Shown here piece after piece: positions 1-9,552 of a DNA stretch of 64,000 nucleotides (position 1 is the stretch's first letter; each line of letters opens with the position of its first letter). A program made the translations under genes and the position numbers. The DNA lies in contig OY970332.1 of NCBI GenBank assembly GCA_963717435.1, forward strand, positions 1 to 64,000. Reading direction: 5' to 3'. Below the pieces are notes generated by a model. It ran no database searches and was not told the origin of the DNA. It saw only the letters and a list, made by a program, of their open reading frames with translations. The stretch is from an uncultured bacterium. Its GTDB lineage: Bacteria; Babelota; Babeliae; Babelales; Babelaceae.

Positions 1-525
1 GAAGCAAGTAAGTGGCTGAAAGAGCTTGCGCCGGATATTGAACTTGAGCAGTCTAAATTAGATTTGCCGGAGATTCAAAGCTTGGATCAAAAAGAGGTTA
101 CTCTTGCAAAAGCCAAAGATGCATGGGCTATTTTAAAAAAGCCATTATTAGTTGACGATGAGGCTCTGTTTATTGAAAAGTACCCACTTTTTCCTGGCAC
201 CTTAACAAAGCTTATCAGAAAAACCATTGGAATTGATGGGATATTAAAGTTAGCTGGTGAAAATAAAAATGCATCTATCGCCAATAGTTTAATTTATTTT
301 GAATCACCAGATAATTATCAAGTATTTCAAGGCGTCACTAAGGGAAAACTTAGTGAACCAGCTAAACCTGATACTGAGAAAAAATTAATAAGCGCAGATG
401 TTCTTATCGTTGATGGCTATGATAAAACATATTCTGAACTTAAAAATACTGATCAAGTTAAAAATTTTCATAATAGATATCAAGCTATTAAAAAATTTGC
501 TGATTGGTTTAAGAAAAAAAATTGA
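1..525 (+). CDS. Non-canonical purine NTP pyrophosphatase (Ham1/RdgB family), 5' truncated by the window edge
   Basis: Frame open from base 1. Motifs LPEIQ, AKAK, PLLVDDEAL, FPG and TYSEL...HNR follow the Ham1 layout, with some divergence. Confidence 0.75.
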   Translation, partial: EASKWLKELAPDIELEQSKLDLPEIQSLDQKEVTLAKAKDAWAILKKPLLVDDEALFIEKYPLFPGTLTKLIRKTIGIDGILKLAGENKNASIANSLIYFESPDNYQVFQGVTKGKLSEPAKPDTEKKLISADVLIVDGYDKTYSELKNTDQVKNFHNRYQAIKKFADWFKKKN

Positions 526-530
526 TTTTT

Positions 531-893
531 TTATGCTGGTCTATTGTGACCAATGCCTCTCCCAGCTGGATATGTAAAACTACCGCGGCAAAAACTTGCA
601 CATTTTTCTAATTCTTTGTCATTGCCACACTGTGCTTCGCATGCTTTAGAGCATGCTAGAAAATTTTCATATGTTTTTTTGCGCCATAAGTCATATATAT
701 AATCAATTGTATTCGTGCAAAATTCTCTGCAATTTGGATATCCAAGTTTACCTCTTTTTGTTTGCTTGCATGATTTCACGCACTCTAGCCATTCTTTGGC
801 AATTTTTGCAGGCTTAAGATTTGACTGATTATTTTCCATACCAAAAATATTAAAATTTGTTATTAATAAAATCGAAAGTATTTTTAATTTCAT
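531..893 (-). CDS. Secreted Cys-rich protein with repeated CxxxC motifs
   Basis: Signal peptide MKLKILSILLITNFNIFG then ME; CVKSC, CREFC, CSKAC and CASFC motifs. Start moved to the ATG at 893. Confidence 0.7.
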   Translation of the reverse strand: MKLKILSILLITNFNIFGMENNQSNLKPAKIAKEWLECVKSCKQTKRGKLGYPNCREFCTNTIDYIYDLWRKKTYENFLACSKACEAQCGNDKELEKCASFCRGSFTYPAGRGIGHNRPA

Positions 894-909
894 AAAATCT
901 TTCAGTAAA

Positions 910-1368
910 CTACTCTTGAATAACATGCATTTGAATTTTATAATCCGATTTTATTACAAAATTTATCAAATAATCAAAATCTAAGTTTATTGATTTTTTA
1001 GATATAAGTTCTGATTTTGGATTCTGTAAAAAGTGCTCTATATAAAGTATAATATATTTATCAACTATTTTTAGAAATAAATTTCCCATCAGCCGTTCTA
1101 CATCTTTTGAAATCAAACTAAATTCAAATTCTTTTTGGGAATCATTAATGATTTCCATATCTGTTTCATCTATAGCATTCGGCTTAATAGCTTGTTTTCG
1201 AGTGCAATAACATCCTGCGTGTTTTCTTGTATCAGCAAATCCAAATTGGAACTGTTCATTAGTTTGGTTATCTATTGTTGATAGTCTAAATATTCCGGCA
1301 GATTGAATATTTAAACTAGTTATTATTGTGGCTAGTAAAATCGAAAATATTTTAAAACTAAAATTCAT
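910..1368 (-). CDS. Secreted hypothetical protein
   Basis: N-terminal signal peptide; GGGGG RBS-like run upstream. Confidence 0.65.
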   Translation of the reverse strand: MNFSFKIFSILLATIITSLNIQSAGIFRLSTIDNQTNEQFQFGFADTRKHAGCYCTRKQAIKPNAIDETDMEIINDSQKEFEFSLISKDVERLMGNLFLKIVDKYIILYIEHFLQNPKSELISKKSINLDFDYLINFVIKSDYKIQMHVIQE

Positions 1369-1376
1369 ATGCCCCC

Positions 1377-1616
1377 CTATTGTTTTAATTTTTCAACTTT
1401 TTCAATGCATTTAATTTGGCAATATAGTTCTGCAAACTTTAGGTTATTTCTCACTTCATATTCAGATACTCTAAAAGTCATGCAACTTTTTACGCACTCT
1501 AAAATTTTTGAATGTTTCCCAGACTCCAAAGGCTCTATTTCATTTACGTCAACTTCATCCATAGAACTTATGTTAGAAATATATAATAAACATATGAGAT
1601 AAAATATTTTTTTCAT
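1377..1616 (-). CDS. Small secreted protein with a CxxxC...CxxxC pair
   Basis: Signal peptide then MDEVD; LECVKSC is shared with 531..893. Confidence 0.65.
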   Translation of the reverse strand: MKKIFYLICLLYISNISSMDEVDVNEIEPLESGKHSKILECVKSCMTFRVSEYEVRNNLKFAELYCQIKCIEKVEKLKQ

Positions 1617-1692
1617 AAAACACTTTCCACTTGAAATCTGACTTTGTTATAAAAAAATAAGTTTAAAACCCATTAAAAAGTAATCGGAGATT

Positions 1693-2520
1693 TTGCTTAT
1701 GTCAAAACTAACAACTTTAATTTATCTGACTTTAATTATCTCTAATCAAATTATTTTATCTCACACTAAAAAAGCAATAGTAATCGGCGCAAGTTCGGGC
1801 ATGGGGCGTGAAGTTGCAAAATTATTAAGTAAAGATGGTTATGAAGTCGGCTTAGTTGCTCGCAGGTTAAATCTTTTAGAATCTTTACAGCGCGAGATTG
1901 CGGGCAAATCTTATATTAAACAAATTGATGTCACTGACGATAATGCGCGTGAACAACTAAGCGAGTTAATAAATCAAATTGGGGGGCTGGATTTAATTGT
2001 TATTAGTATCAGTGCTTATTTAGATAATCGAAAAAGAAATATTACTAGATCGCAAAGATCTTGGGCAAAAAAAGAACGCACAATTAATGTTGATGCTAAA
2101 GGCTTTATCGCAATGGCAGATGTCGCCCTAAATTTTTTTGAAAACCAAAATCATGGGCATTTAGTTGGCGTTTCGTCAACTAGCGGCTTACGAGGCGTTG
2201 CTTATAATGCTGAGTATTCTGCAGCAAAAGCCTGTATATCCTATTATATGGAAGCGCAACGAAACTATATGATCCAAAACAATATTAACGTTAAAATTAC
2301 TGATGTTTGCCCAGGTTATGTTGCAGTTGAGCATTCGCCATTAGGGGAAGATCCTGCTGCATATTGGGAGATTACAACAGAAGAAGCTGGCAAAGTTATT
2401 TTTGATGGAATTAAGAAACAGAAGAAAATAGTTTATGTGCCAAATAAAGTTTGGTTTATTGCTTGCTTGCTTAAATACTTACCCGATTGTATCTATAACA
2501 AATATTTTTCCTGGTTATAA
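1693..2520 (+). CDS. SDR family oxidoreductase
   Basis: GASSGMG Rossmann motif; catalytic YSAAK (YxxxK); PGYV. Confidence 0.9.
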   Translation: MLMSKLTTLIYLTLIISNQIILSHTKKAIVIGASSGMGREVAKLLSKDGYEVGLVARRLNLLESLQREIAGKSYIKQIDVTDDNAREQLSELINQIGGLDLIVISISAYLDNRKRNITRSQRSWAKKERTINVDAKGFIAMADVALNFFENQNHGHLVGVSSTSGLRGVAYNAEYSAAKACISYYMEAQRNYMIQNNINVKITDVCPGYVAVEHSPLGEDPAAYWEITTEEAGKVIFDGIKKQKKIVYVPNKVWFIACLLKYLPDCIYNKYFSWL

Positions 2521-2548
2521 ATTTAATCGCGAAATGCCATTTTTAATT

Positions 2549-3043
2549 TTATTCGCACATATCCAATAACCAAATTGGGTGTATTTCTTCTTTAAATAAT
2601 TCTTCATAATTTTTTACAAAGGCCTGAAAGTCTTTGCGGACTTCTTGGTATTGTTCAGGAGTTGAGGGCTTTTCCAGTTCTGGAATATGGTGCTTAAAGC
2701 TATTAAAATTTTTGTTACAAAATTCAGCGTATTCAATTGTAAATAAAATAAATGTATGCCAAAGATTATCTACATCCTTGCTATACATCCCATTGCCCAG
2801 GTCATTTTTTGTTTTTGCAACTGAAAGAGCAAAATATCTCTTAAGTTCTCTTTCCAATATAACCATATCTTCATCAGAATAATTATGGTCTTTTTGGCAT
2901 CGTTTAACTATGTAAGTCATGGGATAATTCATGATATTTTTTATAACAACCTCTTTATTTACTGGTTGTTTAAAAGCATAGTTATAAGAAAAAGCCAGTG
3001 TTAATAATAAAAGAGTTGTAAAAAATATTGTTTTTTTGATCAT
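2549..3043 (-). CDS. Glycine-rich-domain (GRDP)-like protein with signal peptide
   Basis: E-x-KRYF...VDNLWHTFILFTIEY.EFC...HHIP pattern; likely start MIKKTIFF. Confidence 0.65.
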   Translation of the reverse strand: MIKKTIFFTTLLLLTLAFSYNYAFKQPVNKEVVIKNIMNYPMTYIVKRCQKDHNYSDEDMVILERELKRYFALSVAKTKNDLGNGMYSKDVDNLWHTFILFTIEYAEFCNKNFNSFKHHIPELEKPSTPEQYQEVRKDFQAFVKNYEELFKEEIHPIWLLDMCE

Positions 3044-3143
3044 GATCTTTTGATTTTTAAAAAATTGTGGTTGGAACAAATTTGTTTCAACCACAGTAAA
3101 TTTATATGACTTTCAAAAAAATATATTTAATTTTGAAAGCTTT

Positions 3144-3320
3144 TTATTTGCATTGTCTGCTGCATCTACTTTCACATTTTCGCTTTATGTCGGTCTTTCC
3201 AGATTTAATTTCGAGCTTAATATCAGATATTTTACTACTAGCACAGGCAAGCCTTTTGACTAAAGAGCATTGTGCTGAAGAGAATGCTAAAAGCAAAACG
3301 GGAATAATTAGTTTTTTCAT
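3144..3320 (-). CDS. Small secreted basic peptide, paralog of 3372..3557
   Basis: Signal MKKLIIPVLLL; IKSGK...CESRCSRQCK. Confidence 0.6.
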   Translation of the reverse strand: MKKLIIPVLLLAFSSAQCSLVKRLACASSKISDIKLEIKSGKTDIKRKCESRCSRQCK

Positions 3321-3371
3321 TAGGTCTTCCTGCGTAGAAGTATATAAGAATGACACAAATAATATTATTTT

Positions 3372-3557
3372 CTAAAACCTTCCATCTTTGCATCTTTTTG
3401 TGCAATCACGACATTTCATTTCTGCATCAAATTTTCCAGATTTTATACTTTGTTTCAAGCTTGAAATTCTTCCAGAATTTACAGCTAACTTTTCAGTTAC
3501 TGATCCATAAATTTGTGTCGAAAATAATAAAGCAGGAATAATTAATTTGATTTTCAT
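3372..3557 (-). CDS. Small secreted basic peptide, paralog of 3144..3320
   Basis: AGGAG RBS; signal MKIKLIIPALL; IKSGK...CRDCTKRCK. Confidence 0.6.
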   Translation of the reverse strand: MKIKLIIPALLFSTQIYGSVTEKLAVNSGRISSLKQSIKSGKFDAEMKCRDCTKRCKDGRF

Positions 3558-3637
3558 AAAACTCCTTAACTTATGAGCTAATATTATCAATACAGCGTTT
3601 AATTTATACGTTATTATTTAAAATTGGAAGATTTTTT

Positions 3638-4129
3638 CTATTTATTGTGCCATTCCATAAAATATTGATCCAAATATTTATTTCCACATTTTGTGTGTTC
3701 TTTAAGTTGACCAACTTTTTCAAAGCCCATTTTTTCATAAAGTTTAATAGCTGATTCTTGTGTGACAGCAACTTGCAAATATAGCTTACGAATATTATTT
3801 ATTTTTGCATGTTCTTGAAGAGCTTGAATTAACGCTTTTCCTACGCCTTGGCCGCGATATTCTGGTTTTACCCAAAATGATACAATGTGCGCAGTATGTT
3901 TTGATGGCTCTCCAACATTTCTAATTAGTCCAATCATGCCAATAACTTTATTATCAACAAGCGCAAACCACATGTTCTTTAAAAAATCTTGCCACTGTGA
4001 TTCAGCTCTTACTAATTCTTCTTCATACGACATACCAAACGCTGCCGGATCAGTTTTAACTGCTTCAAGTCTTATTTCTTTATATTGTTGCCAATTATCT
4101 GGTGATAGTTGAGTAATTTTTATTTTCAT
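3638..4129 (-). CDS. GNAT family N-acetyltransferase
   Basis: FWVKPEYRGQGVGKAL acetyl-CoA motif A; AIKLYEKMGF; start MKIKITQ. Confidence 0.9.
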   Translation of the reverse strand: MKIKITQLSPDNWQQYKEIRLEAVKTDPAAFGMSYEEELVRAESQWQDFLKNMWFALVDNKVIGMIGLIRNVGEPSKHTAHIVSFWVKPEYRGQGVGKALIQALQEHAKINNIRKLYLQVAVTQESAIKLYEKMGFEKVGQLKEHTKCGNKYLDQYFMEWHNK

Positions 4130-4134
4130 GTTTA

Positions 4135-4776
4135 TCAAAAGTATAATGAATAAAAAGATAAGATTGCCAAAGTTATTAAATTTGCAAGAACAAGAGTTAA
4201 TAGAGATGTCCAAAAACCTTTCCTGCAAAATAACCATCCCAATACTATGTTCATAAAATCTTTTATTATTCCAAAAAACAATGAAACTATAATAATTGAG
4301 GCCCAGATCAAATAAGACCTGTTTTTTTCTGTATTATTAAAAATTTTATTAAGAGCTAGATAAACTAATGGGATGGGAAAAAGTCGATGCAATACTTCAA
4401 AATTAATGCTATTCAAAAGTGCCAATAAATCTATCCATGGCGGCAACATGATTAGAGATTGACCTGTTTTTCTTAAAACCATTATAGTTAATATTGAAGA
4501 AATTAACCCCAAAATAGATCCAAATAATAAGACAGGATAAAAGATCTGTTTTTTTAAATCTTTTATTTCAAAGGGTTTTAAATCAACTTTTTGTAAAATT
4601 TCATAACTAAGCCAGCAAATTAAACTTAGCCCCAAAAAAATGCCTAAATGATACGAAAGTGGTTTCGATTGACCCAAATAATAATCTCTTGGTAATAGAG
4701 ATAAGTGTCCTAGTATGCTTAATAACCAAATAAATGTAGTTGGTTGTTTCTTTATCAGATTTTTTAAAGTATGCAT
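4135..4776 (-). CDS. Multi-pass membrane protein, degenerate CPBP/Abi (CAAX protease)-like
   Basis: About 6 hydrophobic segments; FEVLHRLF resembles EExxFR; LGWLFCRKG; the catalytic His residues appear absent. Confidence 0.5.
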   Translation of the reverse strand: MHTLKNLIKKQPTTFIWLLSILGHLSLLPRDYYLGQSKPLSYHLGIFLGLSLICWLSYEILQKVDLKPFEIKDLKKQIFYPVLLFGSILGLISSILTIMVLRKTGQSLIMLPPWIDLLALLNSINFEVLHRLFPIPLVYLALNKIFNNTEKNRSYLIWASIIIVSLFFGIIKDFMNIVLGWLFCRKGFWTSLLTLVLANLITLAILSFYSLYF

Positions 4777-4865
4777 ATTAACCTTTAAATTTGTAATTTT
4801 TATAAATTCCCAAAAATCTACTTTTTATTTTTCTTCTTTATAACTAAACAGGTTTTTAAATTTAC

Positions 4866-6353
4866 TTAACTTTGTTTTGTGGGCTTTCTAATATACCCCA
4901 TAAATTCTTCTGATGGTTCCCAAAATTCGGCAATATTTTCAGCTAGATCCTTGGGATATGGTGGATTGGCTTTCATTAACATTCTTGCAACATATTTACG
5001 CAACATATGCTTTTGCATCTCAATTTTTAGTGTAGGGCAGTATAAGATTTTTTCGTTATTACAAAGCTTTATTAAGAAATTTTTTCCTACAGGATGCGTT
5101 AATAAAAGTTCTAATAGCTTATTATAATTTTTTATCCATTCTTTTTGATCATGTGAAATTACAAATAAATATTTGAATATGTGTGTAAAAAATGACTCCT
5201 CATAAGAAACAAACTCTGCTTCAGGCAGGCTTATTATATTATTTGCAAGGATTATTAAATTTTCTTGCGCCATATTGGGATCAAATTTATATGCACCATA
5301 CCGTAATCCTTGTGATACGTACATCATAACCAACTTTCTAAAGAATTTATAATCTTTCCATGACTTAAAAACATTACAAATTCTTGTGCCATCTTTGCCG
5401 TTCCAAAGAATTAAAAATGCATATAAAGTCGCTAAAGAATCTAAATCTAAATATTTTCCTTTATATTTATTATCAGGTTCTGGCAGAATTTTAACAAATT
5501 TTTTGCCAAGTAATACTTTCAAATGAATGGATTCATCATGCATACTACTAACGAATCTTTCTTGAAGATTTTCCTCGTTGGTTTTATTAAAATCAGGGGT
5601 TCCCTCTATTTCAAAATTTGGAATATCAGAGTTGCTTTGAGTTTGAATTATTTCCTCTTTAAATTTTAAAATTTCTGAGCGGTCGTTTTCTATAAGTTGT
5701 TTTAAAGCTTTTTTATCTATCAAATCGTCATAATCACCGAATTCAAGCAATTTTTCAACTATATCGATGTCATTAGTTTTAATCGCATAGTCTATTGGCG
5801 TTGATCCATATGTTGCTTCCCCGGCAAAAAATTTGTTAACCATTACCAGTTTTGCGTTATTTAATGGCGAATCAAACAATTCATCAAGAGTGCATATCTT
5901 CCCATTGTTTTGCAGGGAATAAATAACGGTATTATCGGCATAATCTATAGCGCTAATATCAGCTCCTTTTTCCAATAATTCCGACACGCGTTTTTTGAGG
6001 CCGAACCTACATGCGTATAGCAACCTATAGTCATGCGCTTTTTTTATAAATTTGGGATTTGAAATGGGCATAGATTCCATCAAATCGGGATCCTCAATTG
6101 GTGAAAAAAAGAAATCCTTTCCTATTGCACATCTTGATAAGTATAAAACAGATCGTTCTTCTTCTGTATCTTGCAAAATAAGCTGCAATAGTGGTGAAAA
6201 ATATATAGCGTCTACTATTTCCCACTCTTCAAATTGTTTGCAGAGCTTGTAATTTCTTATTGATTTTGAACCTTCCTCAATAAGAGCTGGAAAAAGATTA
6301 GACAAGTTTACAACTAAAACTATAAATAAAAATTTTATAAATTTATTTAACAT
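4866..6353 (-). CDS. Secreted ankyrin-containing protein, paralog of 35057..36577
   Basis: Signal peptide; LLYAC...ELLEKGADI and TPIDYAI ankyrin motifs; YLDLDSLATLY shared with the paralog. Confidence 0.8.
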   Translation of the reverse strand: MLNKFIKFLFIVLVVNLSNLFPALIEEGSKSIRNYKLCKQFEEWEIVDAIYFSPLLQLILQDTEEERSVLYLSRCAIGKDFFFSPIEDPDLMESMPISNPKFIKKAHDYRLLYACRFGLKKRVSELLEKGADISAIDYADNTVIYSLQNNGKICTLDELFDSPLNNAKLVMVNKFFAGEATYGSTPIDYAIKTNDIDIVEKLLEFGDYDDLIDKKALKQLIENDRSEILKFKEEIIQTQSNSDIPNFEIEGTPDFNKTNEENLQERFVSSMHDESIHLKVLLGKKFVKILPEPDNKYKGKYLDLDSLATLYAFLILWNGKDGTRICNVFKSWKDYKFFRKLVMMYVSQGLRYGAYKFDPNMAQENLIILANNIISLPEAEFVSYEESFFTHIFKYLFVISHDQKEWIKNYNKLLELLLTHPVGKNFLIKLCNNEKILYCPTLKIEMQKHMLRKYVARMLMKANPPYPKDLAENIAEFWEPSEEFMGYIRKPTKQS

Positions 6354-6443
6354 AATTATCCCCTTCTGGATTGTAAGCTAAACTATTTTAATTTATTATA
6401 TGTTATCAGGTCAATGTAATGTTATTTTTTAGGAAAGCGCCCC

Positions 6444-6692
6444 ATGAATAAAATTCTTTTTGCTATGTTATTTTCTAATCTCGTAGAAAATAAACTTATA
6501 GACAAAAAAACAGATCTTAAAGCAGACTCAAAGAAAAATATTGCTCAATCATTAAAAGATATTAAGGTTCAGTTAGGTGTTGATCCATACTCACCAATTA
6601 AATATGAACGCCCGCTAAGAAAAGGCGGCTCTTATGACATTTTTCCGTATTGGATCGATAGGTGGGGAAGACGAACTGAACGTAGCAAATAA
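6444..6692 (+). CDS. Hypothetical protein
   Basis: AGGA RBS plus ATG; 82 aa. Confidence 0.45.
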   Translation: MNKILFAMLFSNLVENKLIDKKTDLKADSKKNIAQSLKDIKVQLGVDPYSPIKYERPLRKGGSYDIFPYWIDRWGRRTERSK

Positions 6693-6715
6693 TTCAAATG
6701 CCCTAAGTAAGACCG

Positions 6716-6743
6716 TTGACGATTCTATTAAATTTGGCATAAT
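6716..6743 (+). promoter_or_regulatory. Putative sigma70 promoter of the translocase gene
   Basis: TTGACG-16 nt-CATAAT with an extended TG. Confidence 0.45.
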
Positions 6744-6815
6744 ATTAAGTTGTGCACTTGACAGTGGCAAGGATATCCTTACTAATATTTTAATAACGTT
6801 TTAGGTTTCTACCAA

Positions 6816-6847
6816 CTGCGTCCGCCATAGCCTTGGCGCCGGCGGAA
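6816..6847. repeat. GC-rich palindromic mini-element
   Basis: TCCGCCATAGCCTTGGCGCCGGCGGA hairpin, related to 10666..10695; lies within the TCTACC...GGTAGA inverted repeat. Confidence 0.65.
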
Positions 6848-6893
6848 GGGTAGATTATAACCAAAATATAATTTAAACCATAAGGATATTCGT

Positions 6894-8294
6894 ATGTTAC
6901 GAACTCTTGTCTTCTATTTTTTCCCAGATATTCAAAAAGAAGAATTCAAAAAGTTTAGCATTTTAGCTGGTACTTTTTCCCTTGTGATAGGCACCTATTG
7001 GTTATTACGTCTTCTAAAGAACACAATTTTCATCAAAATCGCATTTCCAGAGGAACTTGGTTGGGTTGCCCACCAAGGTAGATTATTCCAGCCATTGGCA
7101 AAATTCTGGTCCCCATTTGTAGTTTTAGCTGTTGTTTTGATCTATTCAAAGCTTGTTGATTTATTCAAAAAGCACCAACTGTTTTATATAATTTGTTCTT
7201 TTTATGGATTTATATTTTTTAACCTATCGATGGTTCTTTTAGTTAAAGACCTTTTTGGCTCTGCTTATATTGGCAAATGGGCATTGGCTCTAGCTGGTTG
7301 GGTCAGTTATTTTGCAATTGAAAGTTTCGGTTCATTATTGCCAGCTCTATTTTGGTCCTTCACAATTAGCATCACAGAAACCGATTCTGCAAAAAGGGGC
7401 TTCCCATTGATAGTCGCATTTGCCCAAATAGGTGCAGTTGCCGGTTCTTCCGTTATGTTATTTAGTGAACATATTGGTAGTTTATGGCCGATACTATTTA
7501 CAGCAAGCATCTTTGTTTGTGCAATTATGGGCATGATTTATTATTTCATGAAATCTATCCCGGCACATGAGATGGTTGGTAATAAAGAAGCTGCAAAAAC
7601 AGAGAAACAAAAAGAGGGCTTCTTTGAAGGCTTTATCTCTGGCTTGGTGCTTTTATTTTCAAGACCATATTTATTGGGCGTTTTAATAGTTTCTACTTTT
7701 TACGAAGTTATAGCCCAAGTTATGGACTATCAAATGCAATCCCAAGCTGCTATTTCACCTGAATATGCAAGTGACGTTGCTTTCGGGAAATTTCAGGGCA
7801 TCATGGGTGTCTGCACAAATAGCTTAGCATTCTTAGTTGCTCTTTTAGGAACAAGCTATTTGATCAAAAAATTAGGTATTAGATTAAGTTTGCTTATGTA
7901 TCCAGTTTTAGTTGCGATCACACTAGTAACTTTATTTACTTACTATCAAATTGTTATGCCAACCGGCACACATTTACTTTGGGCACTATTCTTAGCTTAT
8001 ATAATCGTTAAAGCTATAAGCTACGCTGTAAACAATCCAATAAAAGATATGATGTATATCCCAACTTCTAAAGACGCGAAATTTAAATCTAAGGGTTGGA
8101 TTGATATGTTCGGCGGACGCTTTGCAAAAGCTGGCGGTGCACAGATTACAAATCGATTCAAAGAAACGCTACACGAACTTATGGTTTTTGGTACTTATTG
8201 TTCTTTAGGCTTAATTGGGATTTGGATGTTAGCTGCAATTTATGTAGGCTATAAGAATCAGCAGTTAGTTAAAGACGGCGAAATTATCGAGTAA
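6894..8294 (+). CDS. Npt/TLC family nucleotide (ATP/ADP) translocase
   Basis: EFKKF, LLRLLK, FW...AKRGFP, KAISYA.NNP.K.M.YIPT..D.KFKSK..ID....R.AK.GG; about 12 TM helices. Confidence 0.9.
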   Translation: MLRTLVFYFFPDIQKEEFKKFSILAGTFSLVIGTYWLLRLLKNTIFIKIAFPEELGWVAHQGRLFQPLAKFWSPFVVLAVVLIYSKLVDLFKKHQLFYIICSFYGFIFFNLSMVLLVKDLFGSAYIGKWALALAGWVSYFAIESFGSLLPALFWSFTISITETDSAKRGFPLIVAFAQIGAVAGSSVMLFSEHIGSLWPILFTASIFVCAIMGMIYYFMKSIPAHEMVGNKEAAKTEKQKEGFFEGFISGLVLLFSRPYLLGVLIVSTFYEVIAQVMDYQMQSQAAISPEYASDVAFGKFQGIMGVCTNSLAFLVALLGTSYLIKKLGIRLSLLMYPVLVAITLVTLFTYYQIVMPTGTHLLWALFLAYIIVKAISYAVNNPIKDMMYIPTSKDAKFKSKGWIDMFGGRFAKAGGAQITNRFKETLHELMVFGTYCSLGLIGIWMLAAIYVGYKNQQLVKDGEIIE

Positions 8295-8317
8295 CTGTTT
8301 TTTATATTTTCTTTTAC

Positions 8318-8354
8318 AAAAGAGGCCCCAATTTCGTGGGCCTCTTTTTTGCTT
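8318..8354. terminator. Intrinsic terminator, direct-repeat copy 1
   Basis: AAAAGAGGCCC...GGGCCTCTTTTTT hairpin plus T-tract. Confidence 0.8.
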
Positions 8355-8486
8355 ATATTATTTCTTCTTTTTTTCTTATATTTCTCTTGATATTCCAATG
8401 TTTTGCTTTAAAATTGTCTTCGTATTTTGATCAAATTTTGTCAAAAATACAAAGTTTTACATCACATTTTAAAGAGGGCCATTCTG

Positions 8487-8717
8487 ATGAAATTCATAAA
8501 AAGTTTTTTAGTTTTTAGCCTACTAGCATTTATCGGTGAATCAAATTGCATGCCGCCCAAGAAAAATTGCACAACAACAGTAAGCAATAACCGGTATGTA
8601 GGAAAAACTACAACCACAAGGTGCCAAGAAAGAAATGGCTGTATCTCAACAAAAACAGTTTTTCAGGACGGCGGTTCCCTTAACATTAGAAGCTGTCCAC
8701 CGGCTAAGAAAAAATAA
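8487..8717 (+). CDS. Small secreted cationic peptide with 4 Cys in the mature part
   Basis: Signal peptide then MPPKKNC...SCPPAKKK; paralog of 8735..8965. Confidence 0.75.
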   Translation: MKFIKSFLVFSLLAFIGESNCMPPKKNCTTTVSNNRYVGKTTTTRCQERNGCISTKTVFQDGGSLNIRSCPPAKKK

Positions 8718-8734
8718 TAATAAGGCTTAAATAA

Positions 8735-8965
8735 ATGAAATTTTTATTAATAAGCTTATTTGCAACTAGTTTATTGACATTTGTTAGTGAATTAAATTGC
8801 ATGCCTCCTAAAAAAGTGTGCACGACCATAGAAAACAAAATTCCATTTGTGGGAAAAGAAAAAACGATAAGCTGTAAGTATCAAAATGGCTGTACTTCAC
8901 AAAAAATAATATATAGAGATGGCAGTTCGTTTAAGACAAAATCTTGTCCCGGGAAGAAAAAATAA
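8735..8965 (+). CDS. Small secreted cationic peptide with 4 Cys in the mature part
   Basis: Signal peptide then MPPKKVC...SCPGKKK; Cys pattern matches 8487..8717. Confidence 0.75.
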   Translation: MKFLLISLFATSLLTFVSELNCMPPKKVCTTIENKIPFVGKEKTISCKYQNGCTSQKIIYRDGSSFKTKSCPGKKK

Positions 8966-8979
8966 AGAGAAAGGTTTTT

Positions 8980-9183
8980 ATGAAATTTATATTAACAAGC
9001 TTGTTCGCTTTTACGGTGCTTTTTTTAAGTCAAACAGAGTGCATGGACAGAAAACATAATAATAGTTGCAAATCTCCTAATAATAGCAAGATAGTACTGC
9101 CACTTCCAGTACAACCTAAAAGAAAAGATGATAGCTTCTTTAAACAAAATGGTAAATGTAAAATCCCGGTCGCGAAAAGATAA
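8980..9183 (+). CDS. Small secreted basic peptide
   Basis: AAGG RBS; signal MKFILTSLFAF...TEC then MDRK. Confidence 0.65.
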   Translation: MKFILTSLFAFTVLFLSQTECMDRKHNNSCKSPNNSKIVLPLPVQPKRKDDSFFKQNGKCKIPVAKR

Positions 9184-9221
9184 AAAGAAATAAAAGTAAA
9201 AAACAACACGAAGGGCATCTT

Positions 9222-9530
9222 ATGAAAGAGATAATACTATCAGCGCTAATTACAATTTCGCCTGCATTTGTGCGTGGCATGGACCACAGCAATCCACTAT
9301 CAACTAAAAATGTGGATGTTTATGTTGATCATGATAAAGAAGGAACTAATGTGACGGTTGTTGCAATAGATCCGCATAGCAAAAATGTCAAAAAAATTGT
9401 AAAGCAGGCTGCGGTTCTGCCTAAAAAGGTTGTTAAACCTGTTGTAAAAACAGTTGTACAAGTCGCAAAGAAACCAGTAAAAGTGGTAACGGCTCCAGTA
9501 AAAAAGGTGTTTAAGAAGCTTGGTTTCTAA
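9222..9530 (+). CDS. Secreted protein with a Lys/Val/Pro-rich cationic C-terminal tail
   Basis: Signal peptide then MDH; tail KKIVKQAAVLPKKVVKPVVK...VKKVFKKLGF. Confidence 0.7.
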   Translation: MKEIILSALITISPAFVRGMDHSNPLSTKNVDVYVDHDKEGTNVTVVAIDPHSKNVKKIVKQAAVLPKKVVKPVVKTVVQVAKKPVKVVTAPVKKVFKKLGF

Positions 9531-9552
9531 TTAAATTATGATTAGCTTCAAT

